This document shows, in pieces, positions 27,206 through 38,700 of a stretch of DNA of 64,000 nt. This DNA comes from Tubiluchus corallicola. Taxonomy: Eukaryota; Animalia; Priapulida. Each line of letters opens with the position of its first letter. Position 1 is the stretch's first letter. The position numbers were made by a program, and so were the translations under genes. Location of the stretch: assembly GCA_030141605.1 (NCBI GenBank), contig JAQGDQ010000807.1:29485-93484 (forward strand), in the 5' to 3' direction. The notes under the pieces are model-generated. The model was not told the DNA's origin and did no database searches. It worked only from the letters and a program-made list of their open reading frames with translations.

Positions 27206-27808
27206 AATTAAGGCCTGTCACTGAATGAAACCGCTGTGCAGATTGTTTATTCTGTTTATTGTTAAAAAATAGCATCTCTGCCCTTTGTAGAACTGATAAT
27301 ATAATATTTCTACTGAGTAAGCTTTGAACTTTTGACACTTGTGTTGACCATGCTGTAGGTATAAATTTCTCTGCACAAGAAACCAGTTAGTAGTTTCATT
27401 GCAGTAGGAGATTTCGAACTATAGGTAAACTAGGTCACATTGTCTGGCTGTGAAGTGCATGCGACGCAAAAGCTTGTTTACGAATTGGTGAGCCCTAGTA
27501 ATATATTGAACGGCTTATAACTTCCTGTTCGGTTCGGGACTTATTTTTGCATAGTACTAGCTGTATGTAATCTGAGCAATTTGCTTGCGTACAGAGTGAG
27601 AGTAGAGTAAAAGAAACCACGTGAGTGGTGAATAAATTTTCACAAGTGTAATAGCAAAGTTAAAACGAAACAAAACGCAAATAAATACTTTGCAAAGAAA
27701 ATAATTACATAGAATATACTACTATAAACAAAATACAGTTGCACATAGTATTTGACTGCTGTATCAACACCTTATTAAATTAAAAATAAAACGAAACGGT
27801 AAATTACC

Positions 27809-30742
27809 ATGGCAGCAAACGCATACACTGAAAACGAGTTAAATATTTTAAAAGTGTCGCAGCTAAAACAAATTATAGCTGAACGCGGAATTACAGTTGC
27901 CTCAACAGCGACTAAACCTGTTTTAATAGCTGCTATTCTACAAGCTCAGCTTCCTTTGAATATGACGCAACCTGCGCTAACACAAGCAATTCAAGGCCTT
28001 GGTGATGCGGACCTGGACCCGGGTACATATGTTGAAGCTAATTTAAATGCAGCAACTCCCGTGGACCCTATTTCAGGTGGCGTGAAAATGAAGCCAACTG
28101 TGGCAACGAGGTTAGAACACACACCTCCGCCCGACTTGTCATTTATGCCAGACGACATAACTGAGGGAATGCAGCAATTACCCCCTTCAGAGAGGTATTC
28201 AGTTATGATTACACTGGAAAAGCTACGCAGCGAAGAGTGTCGAGCTGTCAAACAGATGGAGATGCAAATGCAGATGGACAAAGAGTTACGTATTAAGCAA
28301 CTTGAACATCAGGAACGGGTGGAGCTTGAAAAATTGCGTGCCGAACTTGCACGAATTGAAGTCGCACCTACTTTATTACAGGTCGCAAACCCTTCATCTC
28401 CTGATAACCCGCAATTGCATGCACCCATCCAGCGTATCAAAATGAGGGTCTTTGATGAAAACGCTGAAGACATCGACGATTTCTTAAGTCAGTTTGAATC
28501 AACTGCAGCTGCAAATAAGCTTCCTCAGGACGTATATGCAGCATCTTTAGGGCCTGCACTCACCGGGAAAGCTTCCATTGCTTTTCACCAAATACCGCCT
28601 GAGCAAATGAGCAACTACGATGCTGTGAAGAAAGCACTTTTGGCAGCATATGTATTAACCAGCGAGAGCTACTTGAAACATTTTCGTGCTATAAAAAAGA
28701 GGGCCAATGAGACTTTTCAGCAAGTTGGCAGAAGACTTGTTCGTGCCTACAATGAGTACAGAAATGCAGAAGATGCTGACTCTGTAGATAAAGTTGTGGA
28801 ATTGGTCTGTAAGGAACAAGTCTTAACACTGATGTCACGCGACATGTGTGAATGGGCCCGGAGGCAGGATCTTCATTCCTTCGGTGATGTTGTTGAAAAA
28901 GCAGACTTGTACCAAGCATCTGTGATGTCGATACAGGGTGGCCTAAAAGTCATGCAACCTCACACATTTAAGATAGGATTGAAGCTGCCAATGCACGATG
29001 GTAGTAGCTCAGCAAGAGGAAGAAGAAGCACATATAATGGATCTAATGTGAAGTGCTATTCCTGCGGTGAGTTGGGACACAAAAGAAATCAATGCAGAAG
29101 AAGCATGGCAGGTGCTGAAGCCACCGGGAAAGGCAGAAGCACGATGGGTCGGAATTTTTTAGCTAAAGGTGATGCTAAGAAGACCCAGGAAGGTGGTTCA
29201 AGAAAAACCACAAAGAAGTTGCGCAACATTATTGTATCTTCTGAAGATGAATATTGCTGCTGGGCATCTGTGAATGGCAAGAATGTGAAATGCATGCGCG
29301 ACACTGGGGCATGCACTAGCCTTGTTCACCCAGATCTGGTAAGGCCAGAGCAATATGTTGATGAGTCAACCAGGACGATTAAGTGTGTACATGGAGATTC
29401 CAAGGAAGTACGCATGGCTATTGTGGAGGTTGAAAGTCCGATGGTCAGTGGATATTTGACAGTGGCTGTCTCTGGTGACCTTCCAGTTGACTTCTTACTT
29501 GGTAATGACTTTCGGACGGCCGTTACTCCATTCCCGGCAAAGAGGAGTAAGAACTTCCAGTGTGTACCGAAACCAGCTTCAACACCTACTGTGGCCAACA
29601 TGGATTCCTCCTGCCAACTTAAAAAGCATGCTATGAAGCAGGATGAAAACAGTAGTGGTGACAAGCTGCACACGGCATTAGTTGTTACACGCAGTAAAGC
29701 TGCGAAACTGCAAAACCTTGAGGAAAGAGACAGGACCCTCCAACAAGAGTTTTTGCAAGACAAAACCAAAGCACCTCTACTGACTGAGCACGAGTCAAAG
29801 CAAAACCAAATGCACCTGACTGAGCTCAGTAAATCCCAGTTACACCAAGAACAAGTAGATGATGTAACTTTAAGGAACTTACGCGACAATGCACGCACTG
29901 AAGAAATTGTGCGGAAAGAAGGCAAAGGCTACTATCTTCGTGAAGGAGTACTTTATTACCTGGCACGTGAGCGTCCTAGCCTAGAACCACGAGAACTACT
30001 GGTTGTGCCTAAGACAAGGAGACTAGAGGTGCTCTCCCTGGCACATGATGATAAGATGGCTGGACATTTAGGCATTAGAAAAACTACTAAACGAGTACTG
30101 CAGGAATATACTTGGCCACAACCCAACAAGATTCTACGTATACACAACTTCCCACGTCCAAACATACACAAAACAAGAAACAAGTACGGGCCTACTTGGG
30201 TCTTGTTGGCTTCAACCGTAGGTTCATTCCTATGTTCAGTACCAAGGCTGCTGCTCTTTTTGAGCTACTTGAGAAAACCAAAGTTGAGTGGACAGAAGCC
30301 TGCGAGCGGAGTTTTGTGGAATTGCAAGACTGCCTTGGCTCCGACACTGTTACACTCTCCAGATTTCATGAAGCCTTTTATACTGACTACTGATGCATCT
30401 TTGAGTGATGTAGGTGGTGTACTATCCCAAGAACAAAGTGAACATGGCGAAGTACCTATAACATACCTCAGCAGAAAATTAACTGTTACTGAGCGTAATT
30501 ACAGTGTGGTAGAAGTGGAGTGTTTAGCAGTTGTATACTGTGTGGAGAAGTTGAGATACTTTCTGGAAGGGCGGCATTTTACTATACGAACTGACCAGCG
30601 CAGCTTGTTGGCCCTTCCTCGCATTAAGCGTAATAACCGCCGGTTGTGTCACTGGTCGCTCATTCTTCAGGAATACTCTTACACGGTGGAGAATATTCCG
30701 GGAAGAATGAATGTTGTGGCGGATGCACTTTCACGCCTATAA
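27809..30742 (+). CDS. Gag-Pol remnant polyprotein (977 aa): SAP/HeH-like N-terminus, capsid/SCAN-like region, CCHC knuckle, protease, integrase N-terminal fragment, RT thumb/connection, RNase H
   Basis: Motifs CYSCGELGHKRNQC, MRDTGA, LVVPK...LAHDDKMAGHLGIRKT..RV..YTWP, PFILTTDAS, ERNYSVVEVECLAV and NVVADALSR. No YxDD and no DDE core are present. Confidence 0.9.
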   Translation: MAANAYTENELNILKVSQLKQIIAERGITVASTATKPVLIAAILQAQLPLNMTQPALTQAIQGLGDADLDPGTYVEANLNAATPVDPISGGVKMKPTVATRLEHTPPPDLSFMPDDITEGMQQLPPSERYSVMITLEKLRSEECRAVKQMEMQMQMDKELRIKQLEHQERVELEKLRAELARIEVAPTLLQVANPSSPDNPQLHAPIQRIKMRVFDENAEDIDDFLSQFESTAAANKLPQDVYAASLGPALTGKASIAFHQIPPEQMSNYDAVKKALLAAYVLTSESYLKHFRAIKKRANETFQQVGRRLVRAYNEYRNAEDADSVDKVVELVCKEQVLTLMSRDMCEWARRQDLHSFGDVVEKADLYQASVMSIQGGLKVMQPHTFKIGLKLPMHDGSSSARGRRSTYNGSNVKCYSCGELGHKRNQCRRSMAGAEATGKGRSTMGRNFLAKGDAKKTQEGGSRKTTKKLRNIIVSSEDEYCCWASVNGKNVKCMRDTGACTSLVHPDLVRPEQYVDESTRTIKCVHGDSKEVRMAIVEVESPMVSGYLTVAVSGDLPVDFLLGNDFRTAVTPFPAKRSKNFQCVPKPASTPTVANMDSSCQLKKHAMKQDENSSGDKLHTALVVTRSKAAKLQNLEERDRTLQQEFLQDKTKAPLLTEHESKQNQMHLTELSKSQLHQEQVDDVTLRNLRDNARTEEIVRKEGKGYYLREGVLYYLARERPSLEPRELLVVPKTRRLEVLSLAHDDKMAGHLGIRKTTKRVLQEYTWPQPNKILRIHNFPRPNIHKTRNKYGPTWVLLASTVGSFLCSVPRLLLFLSYLRKPKLSGQKPASGVLWNCKTALAPTLLHSPDFMKPFILTTDASLSDVGGVLSQEQSEHGEVPITYLSRKLTVTERNYSVVEVECLAVVYCVEKLRYFLEGRHFTIRTDQRSLLALPRIKRNNRRLCHWSLILQEYSYTVENIPGRMNVVADALSRL

Positions 30743-31001
30743 ATTTTGCCTAATTTTGATAGTTTTATACGAAGAAATTGTTTTTCCAATTAAACAATAT
30801 AAAGCCTTTAAAAGTGAAATGGCAGAAGTAAAGTCGTTTATTGTGTTATTTGTAGATTTATTTTGTATCAGTATTGATTGAAGTTGCTTCTCGGAGTAAT
30901 TAAGATAGCCCATTTAGTTAGCAAATCATTGTTTAGCTTTTATTTTCTTCAATTGTTTCAATATAGGTGTCGCTATGTTGTGAAAACTCCTTCAAAGTTT
31001 T

Positions 31002-31014
31002 AAAAGGAGAGAGA
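31002..31014 (+). promoter_or_regulatory. Polypurine tract
   Basis: AAAAGGAGAGAGA just before the 3' LTR. Confidence 0.75.
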
Positions 31015-31019
31015 TGCTA

Positions 31020-32200
31020 TGTGATGATCGGTTATACCATCCATCATTGTCGCAACACCTATTTTGATATATCTTTCATATGTTGTTGTGTGTGCATAAA
31101 TAATGATCTAATTACTTTATTGATTTATTGCACTGTTTATTTAAATTTATATTACATTGTGTGTTTTTTGTAAGATTTTGACACCAGATGGCTCTGGCCG
31201 CTTATTTCTCTGCTTACCTGTAATTAGGTTACCTGAAAATTCGAATACCAAATGGCTTCAACCTGTTTTGGGATCTTACTACAGAGTTTGTGTTTTACAC
31301 AAGTTATGTTCTGACTGTCGAAGTTACAGGGTGGTGGAGTTTTGCTTGTTAGTCCACATCCTGTGGTTATTTTATATGGTTGAACACCAAGTTTGGTGTG
31401 AACCTGTCTTTAATGGTACTCGTATGCAGTGAGATGATTTGTCACAAAGACAATGGTTTTGTCTACTTTAGTTTATTCGTTGTTTGCTGTGATGACACTG
31501 TCTTGACATTCCAAGAAGCAAGTGTTTGGTAACCATATTTCTACCTGCAGAATAGGACTCAAATTCTCGCTGAATAGTAGTGGGAAACCAGTAGAGGACC
31601 AGTTATACCTGGACCAATGGTCTGCTGTTCGTCTGAACTAAAGGTTCTGTTTGTCACCCTGCAAAAAGGACGATATTTGGCTTTATTACTGGAAGGCTGA
31701 GGCAACCAGGTACGAGTTCAACCGCTGAATTGCTGGAGCAGTTTTAAAGCGTGGTCCATGCAGAGGCTGGGTTGATGACCACTGGTAAAGAACTGCTGGC
31801 GAGGACGTGGCTGACTGCTGGAGATGAAAAGCTGGTGTGGTGTGGTGGAAGACTCAAGAGCGTGGTTGATAGATCCAAAAGCCTGATGAGAGACAGAAGC
31901 GTAGCCGGCCAACGTTACTTTTGGGGGAATTAGGTATTGTTGGAAATTGTTATCAATTTAATTTGCTATTGTTGTTTCACAGATTAAATTCTTAATCTAA
32001 ATATTAGCTTTTAGTTCCGTTGTCGTTCTGATTAAATAATTTGCACGTGCACACAAGTGTTTCACCAGTGACGCGAATTCACGTAGCCTACACAAATGAA
32101 TGATTATCCTGTAGATTTAGCATATAAAAGTGACGGAAACGCTCGAGAACCCTGAACACAGTACTCTGATTTCTTAACGTCCTGACTTAATTATTACACA
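31020..32200 (+). repeat. 3' LTR (1181 bp)
   Basis: By eye it differs from the 5' LTR by a 14-bp indel (~31676-31690), an A/G change at 31751 and an 8-bp indel at the 3' end. Confidence 0.95.
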
Positions 32201-32209
32201 GAGACATAA

Positions 32210-35200
32210 GAACTTTTATTTCACACGTAATCAAAATATAAAGATTGTAATCAATTGACGAATAAATATTCAAATAGTGTGGGGAAAGGGAACGACTATA
32301 TGGTCTTTAACTCCCTTCCTCTATATAAAGTGAAATAAATAATTTTAATCAGCATTGTAGACAATAATAAAGTTATTTTTTTCAAATACAGTATAATGGT
32401 GGTGTTTTTTTATTATAGTTTTTTCTCAGTAACTCCTTTAATCAAATTTTATATAATATAGAAGCCTAAATTACAAACAGAAAATAAAATAATTATACTA
32501 ATTTGTAAAACAGGGAACTTGCGAATTGCCTTGAATAAAGAAGAGTAAAAAACATTTACATATGTTTGATCTTAAGGTATTAAAAGACAATTTTTACATG
32601 AGGAAATATTATCATGAACAATTAGAAAGTATAATATTTTTGGTGACTTTGAGATATATAGATTAATTTTGATTAATACCAGTGTATAGTAACTAGTAAT
32701 CGTTTCCAGAAGTTTTAGGTGTGTGGATTTCGACAATTATAATCATTAATTAAAAAAACCATAAAAAATATCGACAAGAAACAAGGTGATCTCACGTGCA
32801 TAAAACACTTAAGTGCATAGTTGATAGATTCAGGGAGAGTACTTGTTTAATAATATTTTTTTAAAGTTTTTTATTGCTGAAGTCAAAATTGTGCACAACT
32901 TTAACTTGGTTAGTAAATTATTCCAAAATTTTGTACCGTTATGTTGTATACTATTTAAACCATAAGATGATTCGAATCGTTTTTGAAAAAAATTTCCTTT
33001 GCTAGTAGACCTTGTGTAATAAGTGTGGACATTACAGGTATAAGTAAAAATGTTTTTAAAGAGTTTAGGCAGAAGATTATTTTTGAATTTATACATGTAC
33101 ATGAATTTAAACATTTCAAGGTTATAAATATCTTCCAGTTTTAATAGCTGGAGTTGGCTGTAGGAAGGAGTTGCATGTGCTCTGAAATTGGCAAATGTAA
33201 TGATTTTAACAATTTTGTTCTGAATGGGTGATTAAAGGCTGCAATATAAACAGTTTGGTTTGTTTCCATGCCAACACGCAGTATTGCAGTGATGGATATA
33301 CCAGTGCGTAATAGATAGTTTTGAGTATAGAAGCGTTCACAAAGTGACGAATTTTTGCAAATATTCCAGCAGTTTTGTTGAGTTTCATTATAGTGTTAAT
33401 ATGCGTTTTCCATTTCATGTTGCTGTCCATAAATAAACCTAAATATTTGACACAACTACTCTGTATTATAGACTTAACACCCATTTTAATTTTAAAGGCT
33501 GATTAATATTGTGGTGACAATTTATTGCTAGTTAACATAAATTTCGTTTTATAGTAATTAATCGATAATTTTTTGACTCTCATCCAATTATCAACTTTGT
33601 TTAAGTCTGTATTAGTTCGGTTTTGTAGGGATATTAAATTGCTGTCGGAAAGTAAAAGTGTAGTATCATCAGCAAATAAGCGAGTATTAAAGTTAGCAGG
33701 TCTGGGAAAGTCATTTATGTAAATTAGAAAAAGAAGCGGTCCAAGTGTGGAGCCTTGCGGCACACCACAAGTCATTTCAATAAGATCTGAGAAAGCATCT
33801 TTCATTTGGGTAATTTGGTTCTGATTATGCAAGTATGAGTACAGTAGTTCAAAAACAGGGCTACGTATACCATAATAATTTAATTTGTGCAATAAAATGT
33901 CTTGCTGAACTGTATCGAAAGCTTTTGAGAGATCTAGAAATCTGCTGCAGGTAGTTGATTTTTTGTTAAGATTTAAAAGCAGATTTTCTATAAATTCAAT
34001 GGTGGCCAGTGCAGTTGAATAAGATTTTCTAAAACTGAACTGGAATTTGGTTAGAACATTATGAGATATAAAAAAATTGGTGAGACGTTTATATATTAAA
34101 TTTTCAAAAAATTTTAGAAATAGGAGAAAGGATAGAGATCAGTCGATAGTTAGATGGTTTAGATGGAGAGCCTGCTTTGTAGATTGGTGTTATTTTTGCC
34201 GTTTTTGAACAGTCGGGTTAACATAGGGGCACATGATGTAAGTGGAAAATTTATAAAATTTGATGGGGATATTATCAAGACCTATTGCTTTTTTCGTCCA
34301 GTTTCGTAACAGACCGTACAACTTCATCTTCCAAAACAGGGAACAGGAAAATGGAACTGGTTAAGGGTGCATTTAAATATGACTGGTAGTTCGATAGGGG
34401 GAGGAATCTTTTTGCCCATATTGTTACCAATAGACTAAAAAAATTGGTTGAATATGTTGGCAATAGCTCGTGGATCAGTTACTGTTTGGCAATTACGTTC
34501 TAGTTTAGACAGAATAACTTGTGTCTTATTTTTCATCTTTAATATACTATTTATCGTACCCCAAGTCTTTTTTTATATTGTTTTTATTTTCTAGAAATAT
34601 TTTATCATAATAATCTTTTTTTGCCTTCTGTTTCACATGGTGTTATTGGAGCTTATTATTAAGCTTATTGGAGAATGCTTTGTACTAGTTTCTCTTGTAG
34701 ATAGAATTGAACAGTTTATGAGACCTATATAATTTGCTTCCTGTTTTACTAGATTTTCTTAGTCTTGCAGTTATCCATGGCTTTCGAAAAGATTGTTTCT
34801 TTCTTTGTTAAAGTTCTGATTGGAGCATAATAATCAAGAGTATTGGGGGAAACTTTGATGAAGTGTTCGAAAGCACTATTTAATTGGCTAAATTGCATGT
34901 CAAAGACTATCTGGCAAATTGTTTTGCATGTCAGCTAAAAAAATTTCAATGTTTAAGTTTTTAGTGGCACGTACTCGTATCTGGGATTGGGTTTTACTTA
35001 CTTGAGAAGAGTTGGATATAGCAAGGACAAGTAAGTGGTCTGCTACTTCATATTCGATAATGCCGGGTGTTGCATGGTATTAGTATAGATATGGTGAAAG
35101 AGTGTTTGTGAGTTTAGGGTGATACGGGTAGGCTGTGTGACAATTGGATGAAATCTACTTTCAAAAAGCATATTCAGATAATTAGATACAGATCTTATTT

Positions 35201-35600
35201 CATCATGCTGCAACAAATTTGTGTTAATGTCACCACAGATGTATGCAGTCTTTCCAATTGCACTGATACTGGTTAATATGTTATTTAGTTTTTCACTAAA
35301 GTGATTTACAGAGTTATTTGGATGCCTGTAAATTGTGCCAAATATAATAGGAGCTTTGTTATTGGAAGTTTGAATCTCGAGCCACAGGTCTTTGACCTGT
35401 ATTCTGCTGATGGATTGGGGCTTAGTACTGTCTTTGAGTTTTTCACAGTTAAATTTAAATTCATTTATTAGTTTTAAATTTAAAGTTTTATATATATATA
35501 TATATATATATAAAACCCCATGCTGCCACCAGCAGCGGTTGTCAAGTTTTTGCCAATAAATGTATACTTTAGTATGTCATAAATAAATAACTGGATTAAT
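32210..35600 (-). mobile_element. Decayed CR1/L2-group LINE ORF2 (EN + RT + C-terminus)
   Basis: GVPQGSTLGPLLFLIYIND, LFADDT, KYLGLFMD and GTKFWNNL. The EN motifs GTIYRHPN, ICGDIN and VADHLL lie at ~35000-35400. Many stops are present. Confidence 0.9.
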
Positions 35601-35712
35601 AATATTGATTTGGCTATGTCTACAATTACTACAAACTAGTGAATGTTGTTTGTTTTTACAGGTGTTTTACATTTTTACTCGTTTGATAGCGTAGTTCAGA
35701 CATCTGCTGATT

Positions 35713-38700
35713 ATGAAATTCGATGAAATTTTGCTATATCTAGGCGAATTTGGTCGTTACCAGAAATGGTCTTTACTCGCTGTTGGCATCCCAGCTGCTT
35801 TTACAGCAGTGCAAATTATGTCATCAGTTTTTATTGCAGCAGTGCCGGATCACAGGTTTTGTTTTAAATGCTAAATTATATGAGCTTTAATAAGTAAAGA
35901 TTTAATTATCATTCACTTCAATCAATAAACTAACACGTGTAGTACGGTCATGCAAAAACGTGATGCAATCCTAGTAAAACTAATTTTTAAAATTGACCAT
36001 GTCTTTAAGTTGAATGTGAATCATATAGTTATCTTATGAGTATGGCTTAGGATACTTAGCCATAACAGATCTTGTAACTTTTATTAGAAGAAAAAGGACT
36101 TTAATAATTCCATCTCTGTGAATCTTTATACCTAGATACTGGCATAAATTTACATTATCATAACAGAAGTGTTATACTAGTGATACATTTACCCAAAGCT
36201 TTGTTTAAACCTATTTCGATGTGTTACAAGAACCTGGACAATGTATTAATTTACTCTATTTTCTGCTTAGGTGTTACATCCCTGGTTGTGATGATAATAT
36301 GTTTCTAACTTCTTTTGATCCACCTTGGCTAAATAATACAACACCTTGGGAGCAAAGAGATGGTAAATGGAGCCATAGTCAGTGCACTTACTACAACAAG
36401 TCTGTTAAGGATTATAACTGCAGTGATTCCTCCCATTGGGAGCTGTATTCTGGTAAAAAACATAAAATTGTCCACTGCAGTCATTGGGTATATGATACAA
36501 CAATCTTCCAGTCTACAGTAGTCACTCAGGTAAATTGTATTCTTTTACTTTAGTGAAAACCTGTGTTCTCTGAAATTCTATTTACTCATATTCATTTTAC
36601 TACTTTTTTCAGTTTTTTTACCCACAAACTTTCTATAAAAGTTTGTTCAAACTTTGATCAAAATTTTGGTAATCACTTTAATATTTAAAATTACTAGGCC
36701 TGGCCCTATAGTCATATGTTAACTAAGTGCTCTTGCTTTACGAAAGATCCACTGATATTTCAAATTGACTTGATTTATTTTTATAGTTTAACCTAGTATG
36801 TGACAATACATGGCTCGCTGCATTTCTTCAAGCTATAACATTTGCTGGAGTGCTAGTTGGTTCTTTTGTCTTTGGTATTTTAGGAGACTGGTAAGCACTA
36901 AAATTTTCTGATTAGCACTTTCACTTTTAATTTTGTTTATTATTTTGAAATTTTTCTTTTTATTTGTTTTTCTTTCAAAATTGATTGGTGAAAACTGCCT
37001 AAAAGGTCGTAAATTTTGTGTTTTGCTAGAAAATAAATGTTTCAATTCCAATGAAATTTCAAAATGGATGAAAAGAATCTTTGAGATCTGTTCCAGTTCA
37101 TCATGAGATGTTAATGTGCTGATGGTAGATCATTTTTAACATTTTTTGTGACTCTAGGTATGGAAGGAAGCCAATTTTTTATGCTTGTCTCATGCTAATG
37201 TGGACATCGAGTCTGGCTAGCACATGGATGCCAGAATTTTACAGTTACACATTTTTGAAATTTTTGACAGGCATGTCATGTGCAAGCTTCAGTGTTGGCT
37301 TTGTGCTAGGTGAGAACATTAGTCTTCTTATCATAAATATTGCATCAGTTGACTGAGCTGACTTATGAAAATGCTGTTTAAATAATTGATTTTGTGATAA
37401 GTTTAAGTTTGGACAAACTTTGATACATGATGTGTTTTGACAAGCTTAAAATAGGTTTTCTTTACGAAGAAGATGACAGTTTTATTATCTGTGTAAACTC
37501 TCTGTAATGAATATTATATAAAATTAACACTGAGATAATCAAGATGACTTATCTCCGTAATTTTTGCATTAATTCAGAGAAATTGATTTTAATAAAGGCA
37601 GGTATACATTCCATTAATGGTACCTGGGAAATGGCATGTGCGAAGGTAGAAAAAAGTTGAGTGACAAGCATGCAATTGCTAAATACTGAAATGATGTTAA
37701 ATGTACAGTAAACGCATATACTTTGTACTTTTTTTTGTAAATCCTCATAAATTGTTTGCAGGAGTCGAACTTTGTGGTCCTCATAAGAGGATACTGGCTG
37801 GGATGCTGGGAATGTACTGTTTCACTTTCGGTTACTGTATTCTGTCTTTGGCTGGATACTTCATTCGTGACTGGAAGTTGCTAAATATTGCTATTTCAGT
37901 GCCTGCAGTACTTTTTATAGGCACTTGGTGGTATGTACAATGTACTGTGTAATATTTTGCATGAATTTCTGAATACTTTGTATGAAGCTCTTCTAGTTGT
38001 GTAATTATTGATCTATTTGAATAAATTTTTATGGAAATAGCAGTTGCCTTTTTTTGCACCGATTTAATGCATGTGTCAATGCATGTCTAAATACGGCTTC
38101 CGCAATTACACAAGTAAAGAGTGTATTTTTAGACTTTTCTCCAATGCACATTTTGTTTAACTATTTTAAAACGTTGAAGCATTTTATATAAAAATACTAT
38201 AATGCAGTGAAAAAATATGTTTGATGCAGAAACCATTTTTTCAGTAAAACAAATTGACAAATTCATTGATAAAGCAGTAGTTTTGCCAGTTTTTTAAATT
38301 TGTATAACTGAAATTTTACTCTCTGATTCTCTGTTCACTAATAACGAATGATTATGAATTTTAATGTTTGTGATGAGTGTGAGCTGGAAATCATTTGCTC
38401 CGCAACTTTCTCACAAAATTCATCATGAAATTTTTATGATTACCTGAAGATATAATTACAGTCCAAACTGTCATACATTTGTTAGGGGTGGCCTAGCAAG
38501 CTACTAGCATGGCAGTACAGTAGATTACTAAGCACTTTGTTATTTTTTTCTGGCTTCTTTATTGGAGTTCTCTGTGCCTCCCATTTGCAAATACATGTGC
38601 AGATCGTTTGGCAATTTGATGATGTTGGCTTTGCTATAGTGCAGACATTAGTCTAATTACTGTATACTTAGGATGTTGCCTGAATCTATTCGGTGGCTCA

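Larger units (their letters stand above)
26010..32200 (+). mobile_element. Gmr1-clade Ty3/gypsy LTR retrotransposon, internally deleted (non-autonomous)
   Basis: Near-identical LTRs with TG...CA ends and a 5-bp TSD GAGAC (26005-26009, 32201-32205). It has a PBS and a PPT. The ORF order is Gag-PR-IN(fragment)-RT end-RNase H. Confidence 0.95.

Noticed and set aside
27809-30742. Copia element (IN before RT) or a domesticated Gag gene
   Set aside because: The RNase H and IN motifs are gypsy-type, which fits Gmr1. Near-identical LTRs and an intact TSD indicate a recent insertion, not domestication.
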